Source of the DNA: Octopus sinensis
Taxonomy: Eukaryota
DNA: 64,000 nucleotides
Direction of reading: 5' to 3'
Assembly (NCBI RefSeq): GCF_006345805.1
Contig: NC_042998.1
Location: forward strand, 79,670,001-79,734,000
The position numbers and the translations under genes were made by a program. This document shows, in pieces, positions 51,577 through 64,000 of the stretch (position 1 is its first letter; each line of letters starts with the position of its first letter). The notes beneath the pieces are model-generated. The model was not told where the DNA came from, made no database searches, and was given only the letters and a program-made list of their open reading frames with translations.

Positions 51577-51866
51577 AGCTGTGACTGGCTATATCTGAGC
51601 AGGTGTGAAAGCTCCAATATACGAGCAGGTGTGAAAGTGGCTGTTTGTGAGCAGGTGTGAAAGCGGCTATATACGAGCAGGTGTGAAAGCGACTATATGT
51701 GAGCAGGTGTGAAAGTGGCTATATGTGAGCAGGTGCAACAGTAGCTATATATGAGCAGGTGTGACAGTGGCTATACATGAGCAGGTGTGACTGGCTATAT
51801 ATGAGCAGATGTAACAGTGACTACATATGAGCTGGTGTGACAGTAGCTATATATGACCAAGTGTAG
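51577..51866 (+). repeat. 26-bp minisatellite, about 11 copies
   Basis: Unit approximately GAGCAGGTGTGAAAGTGGCTATATAT, degenerating toward the 3' end. Confidence 0.9.
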
Positions 51867-51895
51867 GTGATGTTTATTTGTGGCATGGGTGACAA

Positions 51896-51941
<46 letters not shown>

Positions 51942-53105
51942 TAGGCCCAGAGATAATTGTCGCTATACTATTCTGAAAAACTAGCCAGAGCTTAAGTACT
52001 CTATTGCATACTCTGACTACCTCTATGACCTTGTCTGTCCATTTCTCTGCAAGAAGTATTTCCACACCACCTACCCTGTTGCTGTTACCTTCCCAGAAGA
52101 TTTTAGGGCATGAGAGACAGTATCTATATATGAATGTGATAGTGTCTATATAAGGATATTGATTACAATAGTGATGGCGGTGGGAGTGGAGTAGAATTGG
52201 TGAAGGAGGAGATCAACAATGATGACAATTGTGATGGCAGTGACAGTGGTAATTGCAGTGATGATAATGATGATGATGATGAGAATGATGACTACTACTA
52301 CTAATACAAGGAAAAAGTGGACAGTGACTTCAAAGTTTCACTGGTTGTTGGCTTTGTCAGATATTCTGACAAGACTAATGACTAGTGAAACTTTGGAGTC
52401 CTTATGAACCTTTTACTTGTATAAATAAATGTGATACTCTACTTAGTTACTCTTCATTTACTCTTTGATTGCTTTTATGTAGATATAACTATTCATACAC
52501 TAAGATATATAAACATATATATAAATATCATCATTATCATATCATGTCCATTTTCCATACTCACATAGGTTAGAATGTTTAACAGGATCCACCCAGTTAG
52601 AGGACCCTACCTTTCTCCAATGTCTCAGTTTTGGCATGGTTCCTACAGCTGGATGCTCACCCTAATACCAAATGCTTTACAAAGTGTAGTGGGTGCATTT
52701 TTCTATGGCACCAGCACTATACAGGTTGCTTCATCATCAGCAAGACAAAAAGAGTTTTCTTAAGCCTTGCATTATTGCTGCTTGATTCAATTTACCAACC
52801 ACTGAGTTACTGAGTGCTTTGTTTTTGTGGCACCAATGCTAGTAGAGGCATCTTGTAGTTCACAAGGTGAAAAAAGGCTCCTTTAGCTGAAAGAATAGAA
52901 GAAAGTATGATGGAAAAAAATAATTTATTGTGAGGAGGATAGTAAGTGGACAGAGTAACAGAAGTAACAGTGTGTGTGTGTGTGTGGAGGATAATTTAGA
53001 AGAAGAGGAAAAGGAGAGGGAAGGAAACTTCACATAAATTATTTTTCCAGAACATAAAAGGAAATAGAAATACTGAAAATATTTTGTTTTGTTTTCATTT
53101 TCCAG

Positions 53106-53204
53106 CACAAACTCTGCTGTGATTTTTTGGCAATGGGCCAATCAGTCTTTCAATGCGCTTGTGAATTACACCAACAGAAATGCAGGATCTGACATATCCC
53201 AAAA
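53106..53204 (+). CDS. SFXN2: Sideroflexin-2-like coding exon (99 nt)
   Basis: ttccag|c ACA...AA|gtaaga. Encodes TNSAVIFWQWANQSFNALVNYTNRNAGSDISQ, the sideroflexin signature WQWxNQSFNALVNYTNRNA. Confidence 0.97.
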
Positions 53205-53694
53205 GTAAGAATTTACATATTTCTGAAATTATTTTAAAAGAATCTACCCTTATATATTTTTATAGTTAGATTACAAATGTATCAGAAGAGGGAATAAAAG
53301 TGTGTAATTTTAAAAATTTTATTTAGGACATTAGTAGTAATAATTCTGTTGTTTCTTTTTTTTTATTATTATTATTAATGCATCCTCCAAAGGAGATATA
53401 CCAATCTTGTCTCTTTCAATATGCAACTCATATCATGAAAACATCATCGCACCATACTCCACTTTAATCATGAGCAGCACTCAGCTAGACCTCTCGAAAT
53501 AACTCCAATTGTTGGGTTTCACTGTCTCTGAAGATCTGGCAAAAGCACATTCTTAACATAGCTAGGCTTGCACCCCAACAACTGGCCCTTTTCTTCATAG
53601 CCAGAAGATACTTCAGCCTCCAAAATTACTGATACTCTACAAACTTGGGTAAAGTTCACAATAGAGAAATCCAGGAAAGGACTGTCTCACTGAT

Positions 53695-54898
53695 TACATT
53701 TTTTTTATGCATTTGTGTACATTTAAACTAATTAAATATTATTTTACAGAATAATAGAATTAAAATTTCTTTGATTAAAACCTTTTCTAACATGGAAGTA
53801 TCCAAAGTGCATTTAAGGCACATAATGTGTTATGAGTACAAAAAAGGAAACTCTGCAGCTGAAGCGACTCAAAACATACACTCAGTTTATGGGAAAGAAT
53901 ACTTAAATGAAAGAACTCGCAGAAGATGGTTAGCAAAATTCAGAAGTGGAGATTTCAGCCTTGAAGATGAAGATTGAACAGGACGTCCAGTTGAGATTGA
54001 TGATAAGCTTCTTGAGGCATTACTTGAAGAAAATCCTGCATTATCAGTTGAAGAATTGGCAATAAAGTTTAGTTCAAACCATACAACTGTTCATCATCAT
54101 CTTCAACAACTTGGAAAGGTTCCTAAACTTGGAAAATGGGTGCCTTATGAATTGCTTGAAAGCAACTGCAAATCCCAGGCTGACATCTGCTCTTCTATCC
54201 ATTCTTGCGAACTCTTTTCACCCTTTTTGGATAGGCTTGTGACTGGTGATGAAAAATGGATCTTCTATCGAAATGTTAAACGTCATAAACAGTGGCTTGG
54301 TAAAAGGGAAAACGCTCAACTACTACCAAGAAGAGAACTTCATGGAAAAAAGGTTCTTCTCTCTATCTGGTGGGATTGCAAAGGAGTAATTCACTTCCAA
54401 TTGTTACCACTTAATGCAACAGTCAATGCTCAAGCCTGCTGTCAGCAATTAGAGTGTTTGAACCAAGCTTTGAAGAAAAAAAAGACCTGCTTTAGTGAAT
54501 TGAAAAGGAATGATGTTTCATCAGGACAATGCGCGACCTCACACTGCAAAGATCACATCACAGAAGATCAAAGAACTTGGTTGGGAAAAAATTCCTCATC
54601 CACCTTATTCTCCCGACCTTGCTCCTTCAGACTACCATTTCTTTCGTAGTTTACAGAATCATTTGGGGGACATAACTTTTGAAAGCCAGGAGGAGGTCAA
54701 AACTGACATTTCAGAGTTGTTCGCTTTGAAACCAAAAGAGTTTTATATTGATGGGATTAAAAAGCTTGTAAATAGATGGAAGGAAGCCATAGATAATCAA
54801 GGAAAGTACATTGATGATTAAATTTCAATTAAATATAACATTTGATTACTTGTTTTCTTTATTCAAAATTCAGACAGAACTTATGGGATGACCTGATA
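53695..54898 (+). mobile_element. Mariner (DD34D) transposon, transposase pseudogene 53792-54821, in an SFXN2 intron
   Basis: GKWVPYEL, VTGDEKWI, HQDNARPH and YSPDLAPSDYHFF motifs. One in-frame TGA (53975) and one frameshift at an A-run (~54480). The right TIR ends acctgaTA at 54898; the left TIR was not seen. Confidence 0.95.
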
Positions 54899-55347
54899 GT
54901 TCAAAAGCACCACTTTATCTTGTTTTGTCATTGATATTTACCTATTGATGACCATATCACCAAAAGATATACATATATATGTGACAATTGTTATATGCAT
55001 GCTTCAGTCCTTAGGACCATTGGATCCAGTCAAACTGTCCCATCCGTGTCAGCATAGAACATAAACATTAAACGATGGGGAACTTGATTACATGACCTAA
55101 ACATAAATGGTAGGGTTGCCCCTATATAGTAGAATCTGAAGAAACTGATGATGGTCTGCATCATCTATCATTAGTCAATAGAGGAGTGCTTAGAAGAGTT
55201 TGGTGAGTTCTTTTGATATGATGAGTGAAGAACTTAATATTTTAGGTCTTTTTTTTTATCTCATATTGAAAAAAAAAGAAAAAAATATATTGTTTGTGAC
55301 TTTGATTTTTGTATGTTCTTACTATTTTGAAATATTTCTTCAAACAG

Positions 55348-55426
55348 GAAGCTGGCTATTGCTTATGTCAGTTCAACTACATCAGCTTTGGTTGCAGCTC
55401 TTGGACTCAAGGCTATCTTAGCTCAA
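55348..55426 (+). CDS. SFXN2: Sideroflexin-2-like coding exon (79 nt)
   Basis: caaacag|g AAG...CAA|gtatgt. Encodes KLAIAYVSSTTSALVAALGLKAILAQ. Phases 2 and 0 fit the neighbouring exons. Confidence 0.93.
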
Positions 55427-56497
55427 GTATGTCTCATTCATTCCTGCAATTTCTTCTTTTTTAATCGTTTGTAACTTCAAAGACAAGTGAGATGTTGACA
55501 CAAACTACATTTCCATAAACTAAATACTTTGTTGTATCCAGTTTGTTTTTCTTATTGATATGTATGTTCAAATCTCATCCAGCTCAGCTTTGCTATTCAT
55601 TTTTGACTATATTAAGTACCTTTGATGATAGGTTCACTTGGCCATAGCTATCCTGGAGTTCAACAACAAGTATTATCATTTCTAGTGTTGTGGCCCATAT
55701 TGTTCCAATGCATGGCAACCTCAATAGTTCAGGTGGCATGAAAAATGCATCCAATATATGCTATAAAGTGGTTGGTGTTAGGAATGACACCCAGCCCAGA
55801 AACCATGCCAAAGCAGACATTAGAAAGCGGATGCAGTCCTTAGAGTCATTAGACCCTCAAACCATCCAACCCATGACAGCATGGAAAATGGATGTTAAAT
55901 GAGGTGGGAGAGCAATGTAACTACACACATGCTATTGGCAATTTCTTTTCCTTCTTTGGACTTTTCCCTTTCTCCTTTCCGACAAAGCACTATGCTTAAA
56001 ACGCCAAACTCTCTCTTTTTACTGAGCATCAAGCTAATACATTTCTTGTGCACATCCTCTTGTCCATTAACTTTATTCATTTATTTGAATTGACTAAATA
56101 TATATACATGCCTGTATCATCATCATCATCATTTAACGTCCGCTTTCCATGCTAGCATGGGTTGGACGATTTGACTGCGGTCTGGCGAACCAGACTCCAA
56201 TCTGATCTGGCAGAGTTTCTACAGCTGGATGCCCTTCCTAACGCCAACCACTCCGAGAGTGTAGTGAGTGCTTTTACATACCACCAGCACGAGGGCCAGT
56301 TTGGTGGTACTGGCAACGGCCATGCCCAAATGGTGGAGTAAGAAGAAAAATAAGCGAAAATGCACATTGGAAATCAAAAAAGTAAAGGCTTTTTATGAAA
56401 AGTAACGATAGACATATACAATTAGATGAACTTTATATTTTTGTAAAATACTATAATCAAAAACATGGAAACTAGACCATGTTTTAACTTTATTCAA

Positions 56498-56559
<62 letters not shown>

Positions 56560-57924
56560 GGTCTAGTTTCCATGTTTTTGATTATAGTATTTTACAAAAA
56601 TATAAATTTTTTTGCAATGTTGAAGTGTGTTAAACATTAAAAAAATATTTTGCAATGTTCATAAAGTTCAATTAATGCTTTCATACACTCGTAGTAATCA
56701 CCAGATTTCAAAATGTATTTAACTGACAGATGAGTTCTTGACAATTGTAGTAAAATGACTGACTTCTTCCTTTTTGAACCTCTTAGAAGGCTCCAACAAG
56801 CTGAATTTTTGCAATACAGTTTTGACCAATCTACATGCACCTTAAATGCCATGGTTTTCCAGGCATTCCGATATTACTGGCATAGATCTCACCTTTATTG
56901 TAACCAATTAGTTTGCGATTTACATGTAATTGGTTTTATGAGTGAGCAAACTTAGTTGGTTTTGATCATTTTTATTTCAGTTGGTGGGAGTCTTCTATAA
57001 TTTGTTTATATTCATATGTTAAAGATATTTTTTAATCCACATCATTAAGTGGTTGTTATATTATTGTTGTTATTTCCATTCAGAACACAGGTTTATACAT
57101 ATAGAAGTTATAACAGACAAGAAAGATAGGGAGTATATCTTAAACGTAGTTGGGGGGGGGGGAAGAAGGATCCTAAAACGTAACAGCTAGCAAAAGAAAG
57201 AGGTGAGTAAGGGAAGTGAAGAGGAACACAATGTTAAAGGACGCTATCAAAGTAACAAATAGGGTGAGAAAGGATACTTCGCATAAGTAAAGGAAAAAGA
57301 AAGAAAGAAAGAAAGATAGGTGGCGGAATATGTGTAACAAATGTACACAAAATAAAATTACATGTATATGTGTATACGAAAGTGTATATTAGTATAAATA
57401 CACATATATGCTCACATTTATAAATATATGGAAATATGCATGTAAATACACATCCACACAAATATAAGTGTATACATGCATACATATACATCCATGTATT
57501 TATGTGCACAAGTATAAACATACACACTTACTTACACATATACATAGGCGCACACATACGAATATATATGCATGCCAACAATACAGACATCCACATAAAA
57601 ATATATCTAGGTCCTGACATATATATACAAACAACTTTTTTTTTAAAATTTGCTGAGTGTATAATAATAAAAATCGGATAAAAGACATGCAAAATAGAAC
57701 ACCATATATCAAATTATCTATAAATATAAGGATTAAATTGGTTTGTAAAATACAATAAAATGAAATAAAAATAAAATAAAATCTTAAACATGAAAATAAT
57801 ATATACATATAACAGTTGAAGGTGTTCTTAAGAAATACATCGAAATATATACAATATCTTTGCAATGTGAAATAAACCATGCATTGCGAGATACAAATCC
57901 AACAGTGGGATTGAAAACTAGTTT

Positions 57925-58625
57925 AAGATTCAAAAAATATATACTATCCATATGGTATATTGTTAGCCAACATTTTGAATTTTGTTGCATGTCTGCAGGA
58001 ATTCAAGAGTTTGCGTCTTTGATTCAAAGCGCTTTTGTCCTGGAATAAAATATAAAATTTTTCCAACAGACATAAATCACATTTGATGGATCTTTTATGC
58101 GTACTGTGTCTGTAAGGTGATGCTCTATCTAAAATTCTCCATGTCACATTGAAAGGCCAGGTTTCATTTTGTTTTAATTCCCAGACATATTTTGCCAGGG
58201 TGATCTTTGTCCTATTTTCAGGGTATCGGAAGGAATTTCTATGAGAATAAGATCAGGTTTTGAAGGAATTTTCAGAAGCCCCTGTGTAAGTTCTATATTC
58301 GTGTGAGCCTTCTATCTACTTTTAGGCTCTATACACAATTCCTTTCTCCAGACATTTTCCTTCCAATGGACAGGAGGTCCCATCTTTGGAATTAAAATTT
58401 TTAGGAAAAGAATCAGCACTATGGCTATTTGCAATTATTTTATTGTTGTGTTGGTTAATATAAGAGGTGAAGTTTTTGCAACAAGAATAGCTGATCTTAA
58501 GTATTCTTCTATTAAGTATTCTATAAAACTTATGGTTAGATTGAAAGTGCGAGGGATATTAACACAGTATATGGGGATTGAACAATAAGTGTAAGCCAGT
58601 GTCAACGGTGGTTCCAGAAATTTCA
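57925..58625 (-). mobile_element. Penelope-like element 3' fragment (GIY-YIG endonuclease region)
   Basis: LKISYSC...SCPLEGKCLEKGIVYRA...TWRILDRASPY...KCDLCLLEKFYIL...LNQRRKLLNSCRH. Confidence 0.85.
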
Positions 58626-58803
58626 AACCAGAAACAAAAGCCTAGAAGATGAGCCTCGTCCTGGAAGATCTGTAGATCTGCAGTCACAAAGCAAGCTTCT
58701 TAGATCACTCGGCCATGTCTACATCTATTTTTCAATATTTAGTTTTACTGTGAGTTTAAACTTTTTTGTTTTATATCTTTTTTTTTATTTTCATCTTCTG
58801 TAG

Positions 58804-58889
58804 CGCACAACTGGCATATTGCAGCGTTTTGTTCCTTTCACTGCTGTTGCAGCAGCTAACATTGTAAATATTCCTTTAATGAGACAAAG
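58804..58889 (+). CDS. SFXN2: Sideroflexin-2-like coding exon (86 nt)
   Basis: cttctgtag|CGC...AG|gtaaaa. Encodes RTTGILQRFVPFTAVAAANIVNIPLMRQ (motif RFVPFxAVAAANxxNIPLMRQ). Confidence 0.97.
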
Positions 58890-59759
58890 GTAAAAAGTTT
58901 GTCATTTATTTGTCCTTTTGTTTTGTCTGTATTAACTACTGATATTGTAATCTAGGCCTCATTTTTAATCTATCTTACACCTGTAGAGGAAATACATGGC
59001 TACCTTGCATTATAAAATGATGGATGGTAGTAAGTGGAAAGAAGAAAGATGTATTGGGTCACCAGAGCAACATGACTATCTCTATCTTCTTTCCACCTAC
59101 TCTCACTCACCAGTGTTAATGTGGTGTAATCATGTATCTCCTTTATAGCGAGACAACTGTGCTCATCCCTCTTCTCATTCTTTAGCCTCTCAACATCTGA
59201 CATAAAGCCAAATACACCCCCCATTCAGTTGAGGGAGCTTTTTTTTTCTCATTTCTTTTCTTGCCTTGCAAGTTAGTCAGGAACCTCATTAGTGCCAGTA
59301 GCACAAAAAAAGTACCCAGTACAGGCTGTAAAGTAGTTGGCATTAGGAAGGGCATCCTGTCATAGAAACCATGCCAAAGCTAACATCAGAGTTCAGTGCA
59401 TTCCTGTGATTCATCAGAGCTTATCAAACCTTCCAACCTATGCCAACATAGAAAACAAACATTAAATGATGATGATGACAACCTGATTTTACTCATACAA
59501 ACAAGCTATGTTTCCTACACACCTGTTCAGTCTGTTTCCCATGTACATAACGATATATTTAGTGTGGACTTCTCATAACTTGTTTGTGTCTTACACCTGG
59601 TCTGTAAACTTGTTACATAATTTTCTTGTGTGTGTGTGTTACTGATTCTCTAGTTTCTTGCTCAAATTGCCATTGTTGTCTCATTGTTGTTTTAACCCAT
59701 TTTTAACCAGCAATACAACTTCAAACTATCTACTTAACATAATACTAAATCTCCCTTAA

Positions 59760-59978
59760 CCCTTTAGCATTTAAACTAGCCATATCCAGCCCAAATGTTC
59801 TGTCTGTTTCTTCTTCAAACCGAACATATCCAGCCTCTCAAACCTACCTTCAATGTCATTCTAAAAATGAACAATCACATCATTGAGATCTTGAAGCTAC
59901 AAGATAATGCATGATTAATTCAAAACAATTTGAGTAAATAAACATTACATTTGACGAAGTAGTCTGAAAGCTAAAGGG
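59760..59978. mobile_element. piggyBac-like MITE (219 bp)
   Basis: TTAA|CCCTTTAGC ... GCTAAAGGG|TTAA terminal inverted repeats with a TTAA TSD. Confidence 0.85.
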
Positions 59979-61194
59979 TTAAATGATGTCTTAGCATTTT
60001 CATTTTAAAGACCCTAAAGAATTCATTAAGTTGTTAACCAGACCAGCCATTAATAAGTGAGTAGAATAGCCAACATCTAGAAAGATGGTTATTTCAGTCC
60101 ATAACAGTCAATCAGATATATTATTTATATTTCTAGTGTTGGACTGATTGGTTCAGTACCTTAGATATGTAGACTTAATGTGTTCAACAAGTGTCACCCC
60201 AAACAAATGCTGTCGATGATTGCAAAATAAGCTGGGTGAAAAATAGCAATAGATCTGTTTCTGAGACAAGCCACTGATGAAATAATCAGTTGCTGCAAGA
60301 TAGCCCTAGACATCCATATTCAAATATTCACCCAACAGCCAGTCACCTTTCTACTTTGTTTCCCCCACCCACTTATCTCAATAATTCACTACACTAATCC
60401 CTTTCCTTTCTCCAGTTCCCTGCCATATTCCCCCTCACCACCACCACCACCACACCAATCACTTTCTACGTTATTACTCTGTTACTCTCTCCACTACCAC
60501 TTACTTTATCACAACAAATCTGTTTCTCACATATTACTTTATCCTTCCTTATCACCCACCTAGAATACTCACACAATCTCTCTTCTATTCTCCTTCAGCT
60601 ATAGGAGGCCACTTTAGACCCTTGGTCTTGCAAGTTATGAGCCAATCTTCACTCGTGCTGGTGCCATGAAAAAAAGCACCTAGTATACTTCTATAGAATG
60701 GTTATCATTAGGAAGGGCACCCAGCAACAGGAACCTTGCTCTTATAGATATTGGAGCATAATGTCATCCCCCAAATCCTCAGATTCTATTGAACTGTCCA
60801 ACCAATGCCAGCCTAGAAGACAAACGTTAATAACAATGGTGGTTATGGTTATGAAGAAGACGAGGAGGAGAATCAGTCATTGCTGTTTTGTCCTAAGTCA
60901 TTACTGATCAAGCAGACCTTTGATGAAATATATTTCAATCTTGTCCTATGTTGTCCTTATTGTATCTATAATTACATTATCTCATATGCTCTTTCCTTTG
61001 TTCAGATGATAGGGTGATTTGAATGTTATTTCTAGCAGGCTGAGTAACTACAGTGAGTCTTCCTTGTTGGTTTAACTGATATACTTAGTGTAAATTATGA
61101 GTGAATGTGTGTGTTAAAGATGGCATCTGTGCAAGTTGCACACTTCAGTTCTAGTTATGACAAATTCTAATTCTATACATATTTCTCTTTCTAG

Positions 61195-61255
61195 TGAATT
61201 TCTTGATGGAATCATTGTGTATGATGAAAATAAGAATCCTGTGACAACATCAAAG
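61195..61255 (+). CDS. SFXN2: Sideroflexin-2-like coding exon (61 nt)
   Basis: tctttctag|t GAA...AAG|gtaatt. Encodes EFLDGIIVYDENKNPVTTSK. Confidence 0.93.
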
Positions 61256-62785
61256 GTAATTAGGCAATAATTGCTGAATTTAATATTGTATGGCAGATCA
61301 TTAGCATCATGTTTTATATTAATATATACACTTGAAACAGGTTTACATTAAGATATCAGTATGTATAATATTTATAATAATCATCATCATCATCATTTAA
61401 CATCCACTTTTCCATACTTCCATGGGTCAGATGAAATTTGTTGAGGCAGATTTTCTACAGCTGGATCATCTTTCTATCGTTAGCTCTCACCTGTTTCCAA
61501 GCAAGGTAATATTTCTCCATGGCCAGGCATGTTTTTCTCAGAAAACTGGAAACAAACCACCTTGAAATGAGGTTCATTACAGCTGTTTCAGATGCGTTTT
61601 TTTATTAATGAACAAATCAATTACATCATGAAAAACACATTTTCTTTAGGTCGATTGAAATTTAAATCTAAAATTTAACATTTAAGATTTGGCTTGGAAA
61701 GAATAAACGTTGACTCCTTCAACACATGCACATATATGTGTTGACACATACCAAAAGACTGCACTAGGCTTCAATGTCTATTTTGGTATGGTTTTTATGG
61801 CTGGATGCCTTTCCTAACACCAATCACCTTACAGAGTGGACAGTGCTTTTTACATAGCACCAGCACTGGCAGGGCCTGTTTTGGTATGATTTTTACAGCT
61901 GAATGCCCTTCCAAATACCAACTACTTTACAGTGTGGACTGGATGCTTTTCACGTGGCACTAGTACTGGTGGGGATCACCAAGTTACTCACAAGACAAAG
62001 ATCCTTTGAGAGGCGAGGTGCATTGGAAGAGCTGGCCTTGTGCCAGGTGTGATGAGAGGTTAGAGTGTGATAGAGGACAGAAACAGGCGTCTTGCTTGAG
62101 AGGAGATATATGGTTATCCAGTCGGAGGGAGAGAGCAAGAGATTGAGAGAGAGTGTGGAAGAGATGTATGTGTTTGTCCCACTCCCACTGCTTAATAACC
62201 AGTGTTGATTTGTTTATGTTCCCGTAACTTAATGGTCTTGTGAAAATAGATCAATAGAATGAGTACCAGCCTGGGGTCAGTTTGTTTGACTAAACTCTTC
62301 ACAGTGATGCCCAAGCATGGCTGCAGTCTAGTGACTGAAACAAGTAAAGAATAAAGGACTTGAAAAAGGGAAAGAGGGAGATAGAGAGAGGGGTTGAAAG
62401 GGGTAGAGAGAAAGAAATTTATTAAACACTGATAAAGTTCAGTGCAGATGTCAACTTCAGCTTAATCCTTTCAGGGCGTTGTTGTTATTTATCCCCAGGT
62501 CAAAAGTGTTCCATATATGACCATAGCATTTTCTTCATATCTTTAAATTACATTGTCCAATTTCTTCTTTCTTTTTTAAGACAATAAATTGTGATTTCAG
62601 AGGGACATTACTATCATTTCTAGCAAGTTGTGAGACTCATACAGGCTTTCTTTTTGGCTGAGGGGTTATGCCAATACATAAGCACTAATATATATTATAT
62701 CTCTACAGACTTCATTACTTTTTCTTTTCCTGACATTTATATTGTATCTGTTATAAAATTAATAATTTTTTCTCCTTATTACCAG

Positions 62786-62852
62786 TATGCTGCTGTCAAA
62801 GGAATTAGTCAAGTGGTATTCTCAAGAATTATAATGGCTGCACCATCAATGC
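62786..62852 (+). CDS. SFXN2: Sideroflexin-2-like coding exon (67 nt); the gene continues beyond the window
   Basis: ttaccag|TAT...ATG C|gtaagt. Encodes YAAVKGISQVVFSRIIMAAPSM. The seven exons sum to 715 nt in a single frame. Confidence 0.95.
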
Positions 62853-63464
62853 GTAAGTATTTGTTTCACAGATAAACACAGAACAGAAGTTCTCTAGAGA
62901 AGTTCCTTCATAATTCACCTGATATTAACTTCAAAATAAAAATATATATATATCAGAAAGTATTAAAGCCCATCTAATGTGGAATAATATTCATAGATTC
63001 TTTAAGGGGACAAGCTGGTAAAATTGTTAGCATGTTGGGCAAAATACTTAGCAGTATTTTGTCCATCTTTTCATACTGAGTTCAGATTCCGCTGAGGTTG
63101 ACTTTGCCTTTCATCCTTTCAAGGTCAATAAAATAAATACCAGCTGAGTACTGGGGTTGATGTAACTGACTTACCCTTCCCCCAAAATTGCTAGCCTTGT
63201 ACCAAAATTTGAAATCAACATTCATGGATCCTAAGGTTACTGAAAATTACAAATGATAAAGTTAGTATGATACTGATCTATCTGTTGAAGAGTCAGCGAT
63301 ATATAGGCTGACACCTATACTACTGCATATTCATGATAAAAACATGTGATACATCATAGAGAGGATGGATAAAGAATTTGGCATGGGTGAGACCCTGATA
63401 AATTTAAGCTTTCGATATGATCAACCACCAATATTTGGTGGTTGTCTTCACAGCAGTTAATTCT

Positions 63465-63698
63465 TATTTCTTTATTGCCCACAAGGGGCTAAACATAGAG
63501 GGAACAAACAAGGACAGACAAAGAGATTAAGTCGATTACATCGACTCCAGTGCATAACTGGTACTTAATTTATCGACCCCAGAAGGATGAAGGGCAAAGT
63601 TGACCTCAGTGGAATTTGAACTCAGAACATAATAGCAGATGAAATACCGCTTAGCAATTCACCTGGCATGCTAACGTTTCTACCAGCTCACCGCCTTC
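63465..63698 (-). mobile_element. Complete tRNA-derived SINE with a 16-bp TSD
   Basis: Head ggcggtgagctggtagaaacgttagc; tail ccccttgtgggcaataaagaaa; TSD cacagcagttaattct at 63449-63464 and 63699-63714. Confidence 0.9.
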
Positions 63699-64000
63699 CA
63701 CAGCAGTTAATTCTATTCCCATTTCCAGGGACTGTGTTGCTGAAATGTACAGTAATATCTGCTTGGTGGTTAGAATGAATAGCTACCTAGTGGAGCTATT
63801 CAACATCATGTGTTCAATCCAAGTTGTCCTCTCTGGTCTCCTCTATATGTACTGACTTCTGAGCCACAGCTGTGAACTAGAGATATTGAAGAGCATTCCA
63901 TGTGAACTAGGATGTAGAAGATCCATATCAACATGTGTGTACAATGTCATCAATATGGTGCTGGACACCGAACATATCAAGGTTATCAATACGATTCTAT

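Noticed and set aside
51577-51866. CRISPR-like array
   Set aside because: The units are contiguous with no unique spacers, the context is eukaryotic and intronic, and there are no cas genes.

Overview
AT-rich, microsatellite- and retroposon-dense animal genomic DNA. The SINE families and repeat landscape look like an octopod cephalopod (Octopus); this is inference from pattern recognition. Two host genes point away from each other. ARL3 is on the minus strand: coding exon 2 at 5692-5835, a probable ATG-only exon 1 at 8760-8762, and the remaining exons off the left edge. A sideroflexin most like SFXN2 is on the plus strand: seven in-phase coding exons from 50527 to 62852, continuing off the right edge, with the first coding intron a GC-AG intron. 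Human ARL3 and SFXN2 are a head-to-head pair on 10q24, so this looks like an ancient conserved divergent gene pair. The ~41 kb between them is probably SFXN2 intron 1. It holds a very young Ty3/Gypsy LTR element (16346-21428, LTRs differing by one indel, ATAG TSD) nested in an RTE LINE, a foldback element with telomeric repeats in both arms, a 5S rRNA-derived head, a Tx1/L1-like element with a rearranged 5' end, mariner, hAT, Helitron and CRE fragments, and many SINEs. Penelope and piggyBac-like remnants lie in later SFXN2 introns. Boundaries of old repeats are approximate.
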